The notes under the pieces: generated by a model
Seen by the model: only the letters and a program-made list of their open reading frames with translations
The model's database searches: none
Told to the model about the DNA's origin: nothing
In this document: in pieces, positions 1 to 12,800 of the stretch
Layout of the letters: each line of letters opens with the position of its first letter
How positions within the stretch are numbered: position 1 is the stretch's first letter
Position numbers and translations under genes: made by a program
Assembly (NCBI RefSeq): GCF_001194135.2
Contig: NC_068984.1
Span: 137,139,866-137,203,865, forward strand
Length of the DNA: 64,000 bases
Direction: 5' to 3'
From: Octopus bimaculoides
Lineage: Eukaryota

Positions 1-446
1 CCACTATTGCAAGCTTTTTTTTGATCAACTGTTTGCATCCAATCTTGCCTTTTTTAAAGATATTTTGCATTCAGTTAATTGGTCAAACAACATCTCTTGA
101 CAAAACTATTCAACAAATTCTACGAGACTATTGTTGGAAAGATACAAAATGGCACAGAGGTTGAACACAGAGTTGCTGGATGTATTCTATCGAAGTTGTC
201 TGCAAACGATAATTAAGATCATATACAAGCAGATGATCATTAGCAGACATCGTTAAGTAGCACTGATTCCACTTTGTAGGTTATGCATTGCATAAACCAG
301 ACACACACACCATGCAAGAACAACAATATGCAAGCTACCAGCACAGCTATGAAAGCAATTAATTATTAAATGTGAAAAAATTGGAAAAATTATCTAAAAT
401 CTGTTATGAAAACCTGCTGACTTTCTTTCTCCACCTGTTCCCCTAC

Positions 447-495
<49 letters not shown>

Positions 496-889
496 ACATC
501 ATTCTTTCATTATACTGTCCTTATGTAACATCTTCTGTTGTATTCAGATCAGATTTGATTTTCCTTCCAACAAAAATCAATACTTTATTTCCCTTATACA
601 GTAAAGTTGAAAAACCTGTTAGACATAGGCACTTCAAAATACTTCTCAAGTTGAAGATCTTGTTTATATTTCTTTCACTACATTAATTAATTGTTGTTTA
701 TCTTTGTAATTTGGGTTATATAAAGGCTGTAACTCCGTTTTTTTTTTTTGTTTTTGCTTTCCTAAAGAGGCACGGATTGGATGCGATCTTTTGAGGTAGT
801 GTTTTATGACAGGAAGCCCTTCTTGAGACCAATTATTTAGTAACCTCTTCTGACACACAGAATATGACCCCCTTCAGAAAGATAATGAA

Positions 890-1150
890 GGCAGCGAGCT
901 GGCAGAATCGTTAACACGCCGGGCGAAATGCTTAGCAGTATTTCGTCTGACGTTACGTTATGAGTTCAAATTCCGCAGAGGTCGGCTTTGCCTTTCATCC
1001 AGTGCATAACTGGTACTTAATTTATCGACCCCGAAAGGAGGAAAAGCAAAGTCGACCTCGGCGGAATTTGAACTCAGAACCTAACAGCAGACGAAATACC
1101 GCTAAGCATTTCGCCCGGTGTGCTAACGATTCTGCCAGCTTCCTGTCTTT
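890..1150 (+). mobile_element. Abundant SINE family A (representative copy)
   Basis: GAGCTGGCAGAATCGTTA...GAGTTCAAATTCC...GTCGACTTTGCCTTTCATCC...AAGTACCAG recurs in both orientations at ~1820-2270, 3190-3395, 4779-5001, 7095-7510, 8810-9020, 13560-13770, 19870-20080, 21960-22190, 23800-24170, 29840-30075, 36454-36855, 39880-40080, 42430-42610 and 47405-47580. The central block resembles a conserved metazoan SINE domain (Meta-like, from memory). Confidence 0.8.
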
Positions 1151-1573
1151 CGGATTCTGTTAACTAAATCCACTTACATGGTTTTGGCCAGCATAAGACT
1201 ATGATAGAAGACACTCGCCCCAGATGCCACACAGTAAGACAAAACTCAGAACTTTGTGGTTGTGAAGCAAACTTCTTATCGCACAGCCATGCCTATGTCA
1301 ATATGTCATAATATATTTAGGTTTTCATCATCATCATCATTTAACGTCCGCTTTCCATGCTAGCATGGGTTGGACGATTTGACTGAGGACTGGTGAAACC
1401 GGATGGCAACACCAGGCTCCAATCTAAATTTGGCAGAGTTTCTACAGCTGGATGCCCTTCCTAACGCCAACCACTCAGAGAGTTTTAATATAGAAATAAT
1501 TCAGCACTGCTTTCACTCTTTCACTATTGAACATGAACTGTAAAGATGACATGAAAAAAAAATGGCAATTTAC

Positions 1574-3532
1574 CTGAGTTTCATTGCAAAATCCTTGAGG
1601 AAATAATGGTCGGAGGGAACGATCTGCAGAAAGCAAAACAGGGAAAAAGAAATCATCATCATCATCATCGTTTAACGTCCACTTTCCATGCTAGCATGGG
1701 TTGGACGATTTGACTGAGGACTGGTGCAACCGGATGGCTACACCAGGCTCCAATCTAATTTGGCAGAGTTTCTACAGCTGGATGCCCTTCCTAACGCCAA
1801 CCAGCTTAATAAAATATGGAAAGTAAAAACAAATATTTGATTTCAAATTCTGGTAGAAGGCCAACAATTCTTGGGGAGAGGTTAAGTTGATTACTACATC
1901 AACCCCAGTGTTCAACTGGTACTTACTTTATTGAGCCCCCGAAGGGATGAAAGGCAAAGTCAACCGTGACAGAATTTGAACTTAGAACATCGAGACAGAA
2001 GAAATGACAGTAAGCATTTTGTCTGATGTGGTAAGGATTCTTATTTCTTTATTGCCCACAAGGGGCTAAATAGGGAGGGGACAAACAAGGACAGACAAAG
2101 GGATTAAGTCAATTAGATCGACCCCAGTGCATAACTGGTACTTAAATTATTGACCCTGAAAGGATGAAAGGCAAAGTCGACCTCGGTGGAATTTGAACTC
2201 AGAACATAAGACAAACGAAATACCGATAAGCATTTCGCCCGGCATGCTAACGATTCTGCCAGCTCGCTACCTTAGTGAAAACAAATGTGAATTTCTTAAT
2301 TAAGAAATGGAACTTAACGAGAAATAGCTTTGAAGATTTCATCTTGGATTTACAACTTGAATGCACAAGTTAAGAGTCAAGAGATCAGAATCTTAAAATT
2401 TTATCATAGTAGTTTTTTTAATGCTTCTTCCAATATTTCTCCTTTCACTTTTCTCGGGTGTTAAAATCCATAAGGCCAGTTACCACTTCTGCTCACTTGG
2501 CACAAAGCCACCTCCCTCAGTACTACACCCACCACCCACTTTTGTTGAGACAGGGGTGGAGTATTGTCGTGCAAGTTAATTGATGATTGGTCATCTTTGG
2601 GAATCCAACAGGAAAATTTAACGATGGTTGTTTCCAAAAGAACCCTATGGAGTAAATTCTTGAGAGCTCTACCACCACGACCCTTCTAAAACTAGTGGGT
2701 GGCCAAAATGCATGGATGGACGACATTGTGACCAAACTAAACATCAACCAAATCAAACTCACTGACCTCAGAGAAACTACAAAGGTCATTGCTAAACCTT
2801 AAAACTTGCTGGATACAACCAAACTACTCTTAAAATATTCCATTCCTTAACTCCAAACTTAACATTGTATAAATGTTTCTTTGTTCAAACTGTTTTTTTT
2901 TCTAATCACAGAAAATATTAATTTCTATCTGCTAACAGCAGATTTAATTCAATTCTAATTAATCATTAATCTGCATTTAATTAGTTGGTTAAAGTTTAAT
3001 TAGTAAATTAATCTTTAATCTACTGATTAATTCAATAGATTAATGGTTGACTAAATATTAGTAAGGAGACAATTAATAAGTCTACTAACCAATTAATCTT
3101 TAATTGATTAGTAGATTACTAACCAAGCCACTAACTAGTCTGTTGATTTAAATTAGTCTGTTGATTAATATCATATAATTAGCTAAGGCTATGAGCTTGC
3201 AGAATCGTTAGCACATCAGACAAAATGCTTAGCAACATTTCATCCGTCTTTCCATCTTGAGTTTAAATGCCACTGAGATGGACTTAGCCTTTTGGGGTCG
3301 ATAAAATAAGTACCAGTTGAGTACTGGGGTCAATGTAATTGACTTACCCACTCCACTAAAATTGCTGGCCTTGTGCCATAATTTGAAACCAATATTATAT
3401 GACTGTAACAAGTAAAAGATAAAAGTTGATCATAGGATATTTACTTATTCTGTAAATGTGTGCATGTGTAGGTGTATATGTGCATATGTATATGGGTGGA
3501 TAGGTAGGTAGGTAGGAAGCTAGGTAGGTAGG

Positions 3533-3576
<44 letters not shown>

Positions 3577-3783
3577 CAAATAGACAGACAGACAGACAGA
3601 CAGACAAATAGATAGACAGACAGATAGATACATAGATAGATAGACAAATAGATAGATAGACAGACAGATAGATATATAGACAGACAGACAGATAGACAAA
3701 TAGATAGACAGACAGATACATACATAGATAGATAGACAAATAGATAGATAGACAAATAGATAGATAGACAGACAGATAGATAT

Positions 3784-3820
<37 letters not shown>

Positions 3821-6800
3821 TAGATAGACAGACAGACAGACAGATTAATTATCAAGGATATATGTTTGTGTCAAGACTGTAATCTCCAGTTAAGAACCTA
3901 AGAATGTGAATTAAATGACAGATGTATGAAAGTGTTTTCAATTAAAGCAACTCTCACATAAGACAGCTTGCTCTCCTTTATTAATCAGAGAACAAATAAC
4001 GATCAGCTAACTGTAGAATGATTTGCAATACAAATCAATATTTTGATTCAAGCAACTTCAACAGCACGGATCACAAACTTCCATTTTGTATCCAACTACT
4101 TTTGACTTCCCTCTACATTTGCCAAAAGCCCACATGTTATTGCTGTTCTCATCATAGTTTTAACTTTAACTTTTTCTATGCCTGCATGCGTCAGAAGGAA
4201 TTTGCTGAGACAGATTCTTCTATGGTCAGATGCCCTTCCTGCCACCAACCTTCACCCGTTTCCAAGCAAGGTAATATTTCCCCGTGACCAGAGATGTTTT
4301 TACAGAAGAGTGGAAATAAAGGGAACTCCTTGCATGACAGTGGCACTTGTTTAAAATTAGCGCACAAAATCAAAGCAGGGAGACAGTAACACACTCACAC
4401 ATACATTTATACACACACACACAAACACACACATATATGTATATATTTATATATATAGGCACAGCGAAGCTGTGTGGTAAGAAGCTTCCTTCCCAACCAT
4501 ATGGTTCTGGGTTCAGTTCCAATGCATGGCACGTTGGGCAAGTACTTATTCTATCCGTCTGTTTTGCTGAACTGCTAAATTACACGGATGTAAACACACC
4601 AACATCGGTTGTCAAGCGATGGTGGGGTGGGGGGCAAACACAGACACGCAAACATACACACACATATACGCCATATGCCCACGGGCATATGGCGTAGTGG
4701 TTAAGAGCACGAGCTACTAACCCCAAGATTCCGAGTTCGATTCCAAGCAGTGACCTTAACAATAATAATAATAATAATTTTCTTTTTTATTGCCCACAAG
4801 GGGCTAAACATAGAGGGGACAAACAAGGACAAAGTCGATTACATCGACGCCAGTGTGTAACTAGTACTTAATTTATCGACCCCGAAAGGATGAAAGGCAA
4901 AGTCGACCTCGGCGGAATTTGAACTCAGAACGTAACGGCAGACGAAATACCGCTAAGCATTTCGCCCGGTGTGCTAACGATTCTGCCAGCTCGCCGCCTT
5001 ATTAATAATAATAATAATAACATCGAAAAAGACCTTAGGAATGAGAACCCAGGTTCAAAATTTCCCCAAGATACCTGAAGAAGGCTGGAGGGTATATCAG
5101 TCGAAACGCTGTGTTAAAAACAAACAAGATGAGGACAAATATCCGTCAAATGTAAATAATGTAAATAATGCATGTCTATCATCATCATCAACCACACAGC
5201 CGTGCTTGCCTCTATAAAGCATTTCACTCTCAATCAGAAATATTTTCCATTTATAAGTAATCTTAGCTGTAAGAACTCTCGCTCTTAATTTATCTGTGAA
5301 AACTTATGAAAACCACAGACAGAACAGCAGAAAGAGAAAGAGATTATTTCCCTTGACATATAAAGAGACTTTCAAAGATTGACAAAAACGAAAAAAAAAG
5401 ACAGAAAATTTAAATATGAAGGGGAGATAAGCAAGAGACACATTTCATCAAAGGGACGCAATCTACAGCTGTTTAACTCCCTTTACAGCAATCTTATATC
5501 ATGTGATGAAACTGAATTCCATTTTAAATCCCCTATCATTTTTCATCAGCATCATTGCAATAGACTGTGTTTCTCTTTTCTTTAAATTTTAATCTTCTGA
5601 TGTTTACTGACTGATTATTAGAATTAATGTGAGCGCAACAGCTGACATTTTCACGTCTTACGATTTCAAAACTTAATAGAACTGGAATCATGACGCTGAG
5701 TAAGGTAGATAACTCTGCTTACCTAAGTCTGTCTACATGGCATCGGGTTCCATACTTTCATATGGATGTGGATAACAGAGATGAGAATCTCGCTATTGTT
5801 GTTGTTGTTCGGTTCAAAGTCAGCCCTGACTGAACACACATAGTATCATAGTATCCAGCAGTCAAAAAATCTCGTCCTTTTTTTTTTTTAAGACAACAGA
5901 ATGTAATTTAAGGGAAATTTGACAGCCATTTGGAGCTGGTGAAACAGCCACACACAAATTATTATTGCTACAATATATCAAATATCCACATATAAAAAAA
6001 TATCTGGCTAGGTATAAAGATGGATAAACAGATACGATATACATATATGTGTATACGTATGAGTCTGCACAGGTGCAAAAAAAAAAATGAATACCCATAT
6101 ACACATTCTTTGTTTTTAAAAACATTAATTAAATGTATTACTCAAAAATTTTATTTTGGAACATTGCTTAAACGACAATGCAATTTCAGGACTGCCTGTG
6201 TGACATGCCTTTTACTTGACGGACGCTAGCGCAGGTACTTTCTTTGTGGTGCCAGCACGAGCACAGGTGCTTTCAATGTGGTACGAGTACAGGTGCGTTT
6301 TATATGGTGCCAGTACAACTGCTTTTTATAAGGTGCCACCACAGGTGCTTTTTTTATGTGACACCAGCATGCTTCATCATCATCGTTTAACGTCCTCCTT
6401 CCATGCTGGCATGGGTTGGACGGTTTGACAGAAGCCTGCACCAAGCTTCTACGTCTGTTCTGGCAGGAATTTTACAGCTGGATGCCTTTCCTGACAACAA
6501 CTACGCTGTAGAGTGGACCGAGTGCTTTTTATGTGGGACAAGCACAGGTGAGAACAGTTTGGCATGGCTTTTACAGTTGAATGCTCTTCCAAATGCCAAC
6601 TGCTTTACAGAGTGGACTCCAACATTTTCTTGGCACCAAAACATTCAATACCAAATGGATTTCTTTACTAAATCAGTAAGGCCAAATGGGCTGTGCCTAA
6701 ACATTCCTAACCAAAAGCACTGCCTTTTCCTTCTCTAAGTTAAAAATACTTATTTAGTCACTGGACAGCAATATCCAATGACAAAACCTCAGAGAAGCGA

Positions 6801-9800
6801 AAAGTTTCACATTTTATCTCCACCATGTGAATTACATACCTCAGGAGTTGGTTTGTCAACTGTCATATCCACACGATATGAAGTGGATAAAAATCTCTTA
6901 ACCTTTATGTTTCTAAATTAGTACAAGTGAATATGACAATGTATGTACATCTTTCATGGCTATCATAAATCTACCTTAAAAGCAACTGTTTCAATTTTTG
7001 CCAAATGATCTCCAATTTTAAAGTCTTTTGCCAAAAGAAAATCAAAAAAAAAAAGATAAAAACTGACAACTCTGAAATTCATAATCTTTTCTGTTAAAGA
7101 CACAAGGCCTGAAATTCTAGGGGAGGAGAGTAGGCAATTACATAGACCCCAGGACTTAACTGGTACCTATGTCATCGAGTCCTCAATGTTCACCCTCAGT
7201 TGAATTTGAACTCAGAACATAAACACAGGCAAAATGCCTCTAAGCATTTTGTCCAATGTGCTAATGATTCTGCCAGATCCACACCTTAAATTAGAACTAA
7301 ATGACAAATATTGATTTTGGCACAAGGCTAGTAATTTCGAATAGAGGGGAGGGTAAGGTGATTATTTAAACCCCGGTGTTCAACTGGTACCCAAAAAGGA
7401 TGAAAGGCAAAGTCGGCTCTGGCAGAATTTGAACTCAGAACATGAAGTCAGAAGAAATTCTGCTTAGGATTTGGTCCGGCATGGTAACGGTTCTGCCAGC
7501 TCATTGCCTGAAATCTGAAATAAATAACAAATATTACCAAATGTTATAAGTATTAAAGCAATAATTACCTATCATTCTACTTGTTAAAATCTCGTGTTGC
7601 GTGCTACCAATTTCCCTTCGTAAATAATTGGTAGGTATACGACCAGCTGCTGCAGCTTTCTGTCGGAAATCCACCTGGAAATATTAAAAGTAGAAAAATA
7701 AGTAAAGTTCCTTCCCAAGTCTTACCAACTCAGAAGAGCTGGTTCCCCAGATTCATCATCATCATCATCATCATCATTTAACGTCCGCTTTCCATGCTAG
7801 CATGGGTTGGACGATTTGACTGAGGACTGGTGAAACCAGATGGCTACACCAGGCTCCAATCTGATTTGGCAGAGTTTCTACAGCTGGACGCCCTTCCTAA
7901 CGCCAACCACTCTGAGAGTGTAGTGGGTGCTTTTACGTGCCACCGGCATGAAGGCCAGTCAGGAGGTACTGGCAATGGCCACGTTCGAAATGGTGTATTT
8001 TACGTGCCACCTGCACAAGGGCCAGTCCAGCGGTACTGGCAACGAACTTGCTCGAATGTCTTTTCCCATGCCACTGGTACAAGTGCCAGGAAGGTGACGT
8101 TGGTAACGGTCACGCTCAAATGGTGTTATTTACATGCCACCGACACAGAAGCCAGACAGGTATATAAGTTCCCCACCTGGATTGAATACTCATTTCTGCC
8201 AGCTGAGTAGATGGCAGCAACATGAAATTAAGTGTTTTGTTCAAGAACACAATGTGTCACCCAGTCCAGGAATCGAAACAACAATCTTACAACCATGAGA
8301 CCGACACCCTAACCACTAAGCCACGCATCTCCGCAGTAAATATTTAAATATTTAAAAACAAATGACTGTGTAATTAAGAAGCTTGATCCCCAACCTTGTG
8401 ATCTTTGGTTCAGTCCCACTGCATGGTACCTTGGCCAAGTGTTTTCTACTATCTGATTTTCTAAAGATTTGCCATTCTAGTGCCTCCTCCTCCTCCTGCT
8501 CAGCATCATCGCCATCGTTGTTTAATGTCCACTTTCCATGCTGGCATGGGTTGGATGGTTTGACCGAGGACTGGCAAGCTAGCAGGTTGCACCAGGTTCC
8601 AATCTGATTTGGCAAGGTTTCTACAGCTGGATGCCCTTCCTAATGCCAACCACTCCAAGAGTGTAGTGGGTGCTTTTTACGTTCCACTGGCACGGGGGCC
8701 AGTCAGGCTGCACTGGCATCAACCACGCTTGAATGGTGTTTTTTACATGCCACCAGCACGGAAGTCAGTCAGGTAGCACTGGCATCAACCACACTCGAAT
8801 GGTGCTTAAATTTTGGCACAAGGCCAACAGTTATTTAGAGGTGGGGGAAATCAATGCTCTTGCCTCCAGTACTCAACTGGTATTTAGTTAAGCAACCCTG
8901 AAACGATGAAGGGCAAAGTCTGATCCAGACAGAATTTGAACTCAGAATGTAAAGAGCCAAAAGAAATGCCATTAAGTATTTTGTCTGGCATGTTAACAAT
9001 TCTGCCAATTTGCTGCCTTTTACCATTGTATAATAATGGTAATTCCTCATCTCAGGAAGCAAATGAAATCTAAGCACCTTAAAAACAACAGTTCTAATAT
9101 CCACAGGCACAACAGGTAAGCAGTTAAAGCATCAGTCTCAGTTGGTAACAATAAAGATTGCAGGTTCAAACCCAAGCCCAACTCAGGTTTATTAGTTTAT
9201 GATAGTTGAAAAGAATCCCAATTGAAACGTAACATCAACATCTCAACCAAGATGAGGAAACAGCCTTAAAAAAAAATAAACATCAAAGGTGTAAGCCTTC
9301 ATGATGATATATACTTACTGTTAGTGGCATAAATCCAGAAGATGAGACCTTTTCTGAACACACTGCTGTTACTAGTACCGCTGTGCCACCAAGCTGAAAT
9401 TAAATTTGAGATTTGGTTGAAATATTTTGCTACGAATTGAGAAATTTTTACAGTTTAATAGAATCTCTCAGAGTTTTGGTGTTAGAAGTGAAGGCACATG
9501 ACCTAGTGGTTAGGATGGTGCACTCATGATCAAGCGATTGTGGTTTCCATTCCCAGATCAGGTGGTGCAGTGAGCTTTTGAGAAAACCACTTCATTTCAT
9601 ATTGCTCCAGTTTGCTCAGCTGTAAATGAGTAAACCTTGTATCCAGTTCAGGAAAAATATTGTGATGTTAGTCACTTATATACCACAGAAACCAGCTAAC
9701 TATCCCTATGGGTCCTAGAACTCAAGACAGTAATGTCAAGAAGACTTCTTTTTTTAGTGTCAGTATGCAACACAACTAACGATATTGAAATTTAAATATT

Positions 9801-12800
9801 GCTTAAGGCAGTATAAATATTCTCTGTTTAACAAAACAAATTCTTAGCAATGCTTGAAGCCTGGAAATAAGAAAAGCTTTCTACATTTAAAGATTAAGCT
9901 ATGACATCCACAATATCGACGCAGCATGACTGAATGGTTTATAAGTTTGCTTCACAATCACAAGGCCCTGGTTTCAATCCCACTACAGCACATCTTAGGT
10001 TAATGTCTTTTGTCATAACCTTCAGTCAAATCAAGCCTTGTGAGTGAAAGTGGAGAGATGGCAATTGTGTGAAAATCTGCCAGATAGCTTGTTACTGTAA
10101 TTTTTAGGGTTAGGGTATCACACTAATACATTCATTCTACTTGAGGATAACATTAACCATTTAGCATTTAAGCAAGGCATATCTGGCCCAAATATTGTTC
10201 CTATAATATTTGTCCTAATAACTTGCAATATTAGCCTGTCCTTTAACTGTATGCAAAATACATGCAAACATGTCATATACACAACACAAGACTGATGTGC
10301 TTATTAATAACAAAAGGGCATAAAACCACCAAAAAGAAAATGCTGTCTCATTTTTTTAAGGCTTAACCCTTTTGTTAATAACCTGGCTGAAACCATCTCT
10401 GGCTCTGTAGTACAAATGTTTTGTTTTCGTAAGTTGTGAATTAAAATCGTCCACCAAACACTAGTCACAATTTATGTTCCTAACATCAGCTTAATGATAA
10501 CTAAGTTATTTTATTAAATTCTTTGTTACTTTTAAAATTAATTGAAAGAAACAAAGAGCATCTCAATATAAATACGGTAACAAAAGGGTTAATCAAAGGC
10601 AGGATAATAATACCCATGACCCTTTACAGGGACTCCGAGAGGGACAGGAAGCAGGAAGGAAGGAATCCTTAAACTGGACACCAGTAGGAAATCTTCCAAC
10701 AGAGTGGCCGCTGCTTAAGTCAAGCAACCAGAGGCCTAATACTAATGTTAAACTGGGCGATGGATTAGATTTAATACATAAAGCATGAAGCTGGCATCTT
10801 TATTTTTAATCGCTTTATAATTCTTAAAACAATATAGCTTATTATATTTAAGATGTGATGCAAGACTATAATAAGCTGCCATTGCTCTACATTACCTGCA
10901 GACAGCGAGATTGTGCTAAGGGAAGTAACTCCGGCAAACACTTAGTTGTAACAAGCATGTACAATCCATTTTGTAAATGTTTCTTCTACGGAAAAGAAAA
11001 ATTAATGGCATGTAGGGACACCGTATTTCGTTAAGCAACCGAAATGGCATGTAGGGACACCGTATTTCGTTAAGCAACCGAAATAAACTACAAAGGGTCT
11101 GCAAGAAATGACAGCCAAATCTTATATCCTACTATCGTTTTGGAAACAGAAAGGAAAAATTAATAATGATTTTAGAAGTCAATACTGTGTTCTACTGTGT
11201 TAGCAGTGCTACTTAACTGGTAATTTATGTTTATTTGGGTTGTTGTTTTTTTTGCCCGAGAAGTTTGTTAGTGATATACACATCTCGCTGGGATTTGAAC
11301 TCACAATGTAAAGATTCAGAACAAATAATATTTTTGGGGGTTGAAAACACCGGTTTTCATCCCCCATTTCATACGATTCTTTCATTAAAGCGAAGTTAAA
11401 TTGATTGACCCAACCTCAATATACTGCTAGTATTTATACATCAAGGAGAAAGCACCCTTTCCGACATAGTTCCTCGGTCTGTAAGAAATGACAGCCAAAT
11501 CGTATCCTACTATCGTTTTGGAAACGGAAAGGAAAAATTAATGGCATGTAGGGACACCGTATTTCGTTAAGCAACCGAAATAAACTACAAAGGGTCTGCA
11601 AGAAATGACAGCCAAATCTTATCCTACTATCGTTTTGGAAACAAAAAGGAAAAATTAATAATGATTTTAGAAGTCAATACTGTGTTCTACTGTGTTAGAA
11701 GTGCTACTATATTTGTTGAGGTTATCTCTACAGTTTTTCTTTCGAAATTCAGTGCTGGTTATAATTTTTATTAAAAAAACCTGTAGAGATAACCTAAACA
11801 AGGAATGGAAAAAAGTTCGATGTTGTCCTGCATACCATCAAGACAAGATGGCTGTGGTTGATCATAAGGACTAATAGCAACTGATTTTATGCAAGCTAAG
11901 AAGAGAGCCAAAGTGGATGGTATTGCCCCTTTGGGGCGATGGAAAGTTCCAAGGAGGCATTGAAGAAAAGTGGGGCGATAATGGGGTAGCGATTCATGTA
12001 AAAACAACAAAATAATGGGTCCATTAGATTGTTTTATTAGTGAAATACAGATGTTTTGAATTTGCTTCAGAAAGAGGTCTATGTTTGAGATGGTTAGTTG
12101 GGGTAGGGACGCTAGGAATGTGGCCTAGGTGTCAAGGGGGCGACAGCACGAAAATGTTTTGGAACTATTGCTCTACATGGTCACTCGACGTGCTAGAAAT
12201 AGCAGCCAAATCTTCAACCCACATCTCGCCCTATCTTGTAACAGTTTGCTGTTGCTAATTTTCAGCTGCCTTCTTTTTCTCTTTTTTTACTTTCTTATTC
12301 CTTGCAATGATAAGTGAAACACCCTAACCACTAGGTCATTCCATAGTGACCATCAAATGTAATGGTTCTTCTATAGATATCACTGTTTATAGAATTATTT
12401 CGAAAGAAAAGATGTTAGGGCAAGCAACCAACATGTACCTGCCAACCTTTCCACAAATGTTCGTACCTTTTGCTCGCTGTACGATACATAAACTGAGCTT
12501 GCAAGTAAATGACTCTCACTTGCAACTTCATAATAACTGACTTCTTGCAAATGTTCACATGTTAGCAGCAGCAAAACCTCAAGTAGACCATTCGAATGTT
12601 GCTGTATTCATCATCATTTAACGTCCACCTTCCGTGTTGGTGTGAGTTAGACCAGGCCTAGCCAACTCGAATTACATTGTGGGCCACTTTAATGGTGACC
12701 GGTCATAAAGTCACAATTTTGGGTAGGAAAAAAAAAGTCACAATTAATTTATTGTGGCTGGTAATAAAATCACAGGAAAAAAAGTCAGACAAAATGACCC

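Noticed and set aside
79-216. Short plus-strand open frame (LVKQHLL...LSANDN*)
   Set aside because: No start codon or splice context, no recognisable similarity, and it does not encode the expected PNPT1 exon 6 on either strand; that exon is presumably beyond the window.
3395-3855. Low-complexity LSIYLSVC ORFs
   Set aside because: They are translations of the GATA/GACA microsatellite.
4684-4755. Possible tRNA gene (also 56205-56275)
   Set aside because: The acceptor and anticodon stems do not pair, there is no oligo-T terminator, and it is fused to a repeat body, so it is a SINE head.
7820-7860. CTGAGGA...GAAA in family-B repeats as a hammerhead core
   Set aside because: The GAAA is the loop of a CTGGT/ACCAG hairpin rather than following stem II, stems I and III and the NUH site do not pair, and it lies antisense to the element.
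7931-8150. CRISPR-like appearance of ~65-bp periodic repeats
   Set aside because: The context is eukaryotic, whole units are repeated with no unique spacers, and there are no cas genes; it is the VNTR of SINE family B.
7830-8210. Recurrent ORF MKPDG(Y/N)[29 protein letters not shown] (also 43525, 59489-60307 and 61781)
   Set aside because: It is the antisense reading of SINE family B, with no protein-like features.
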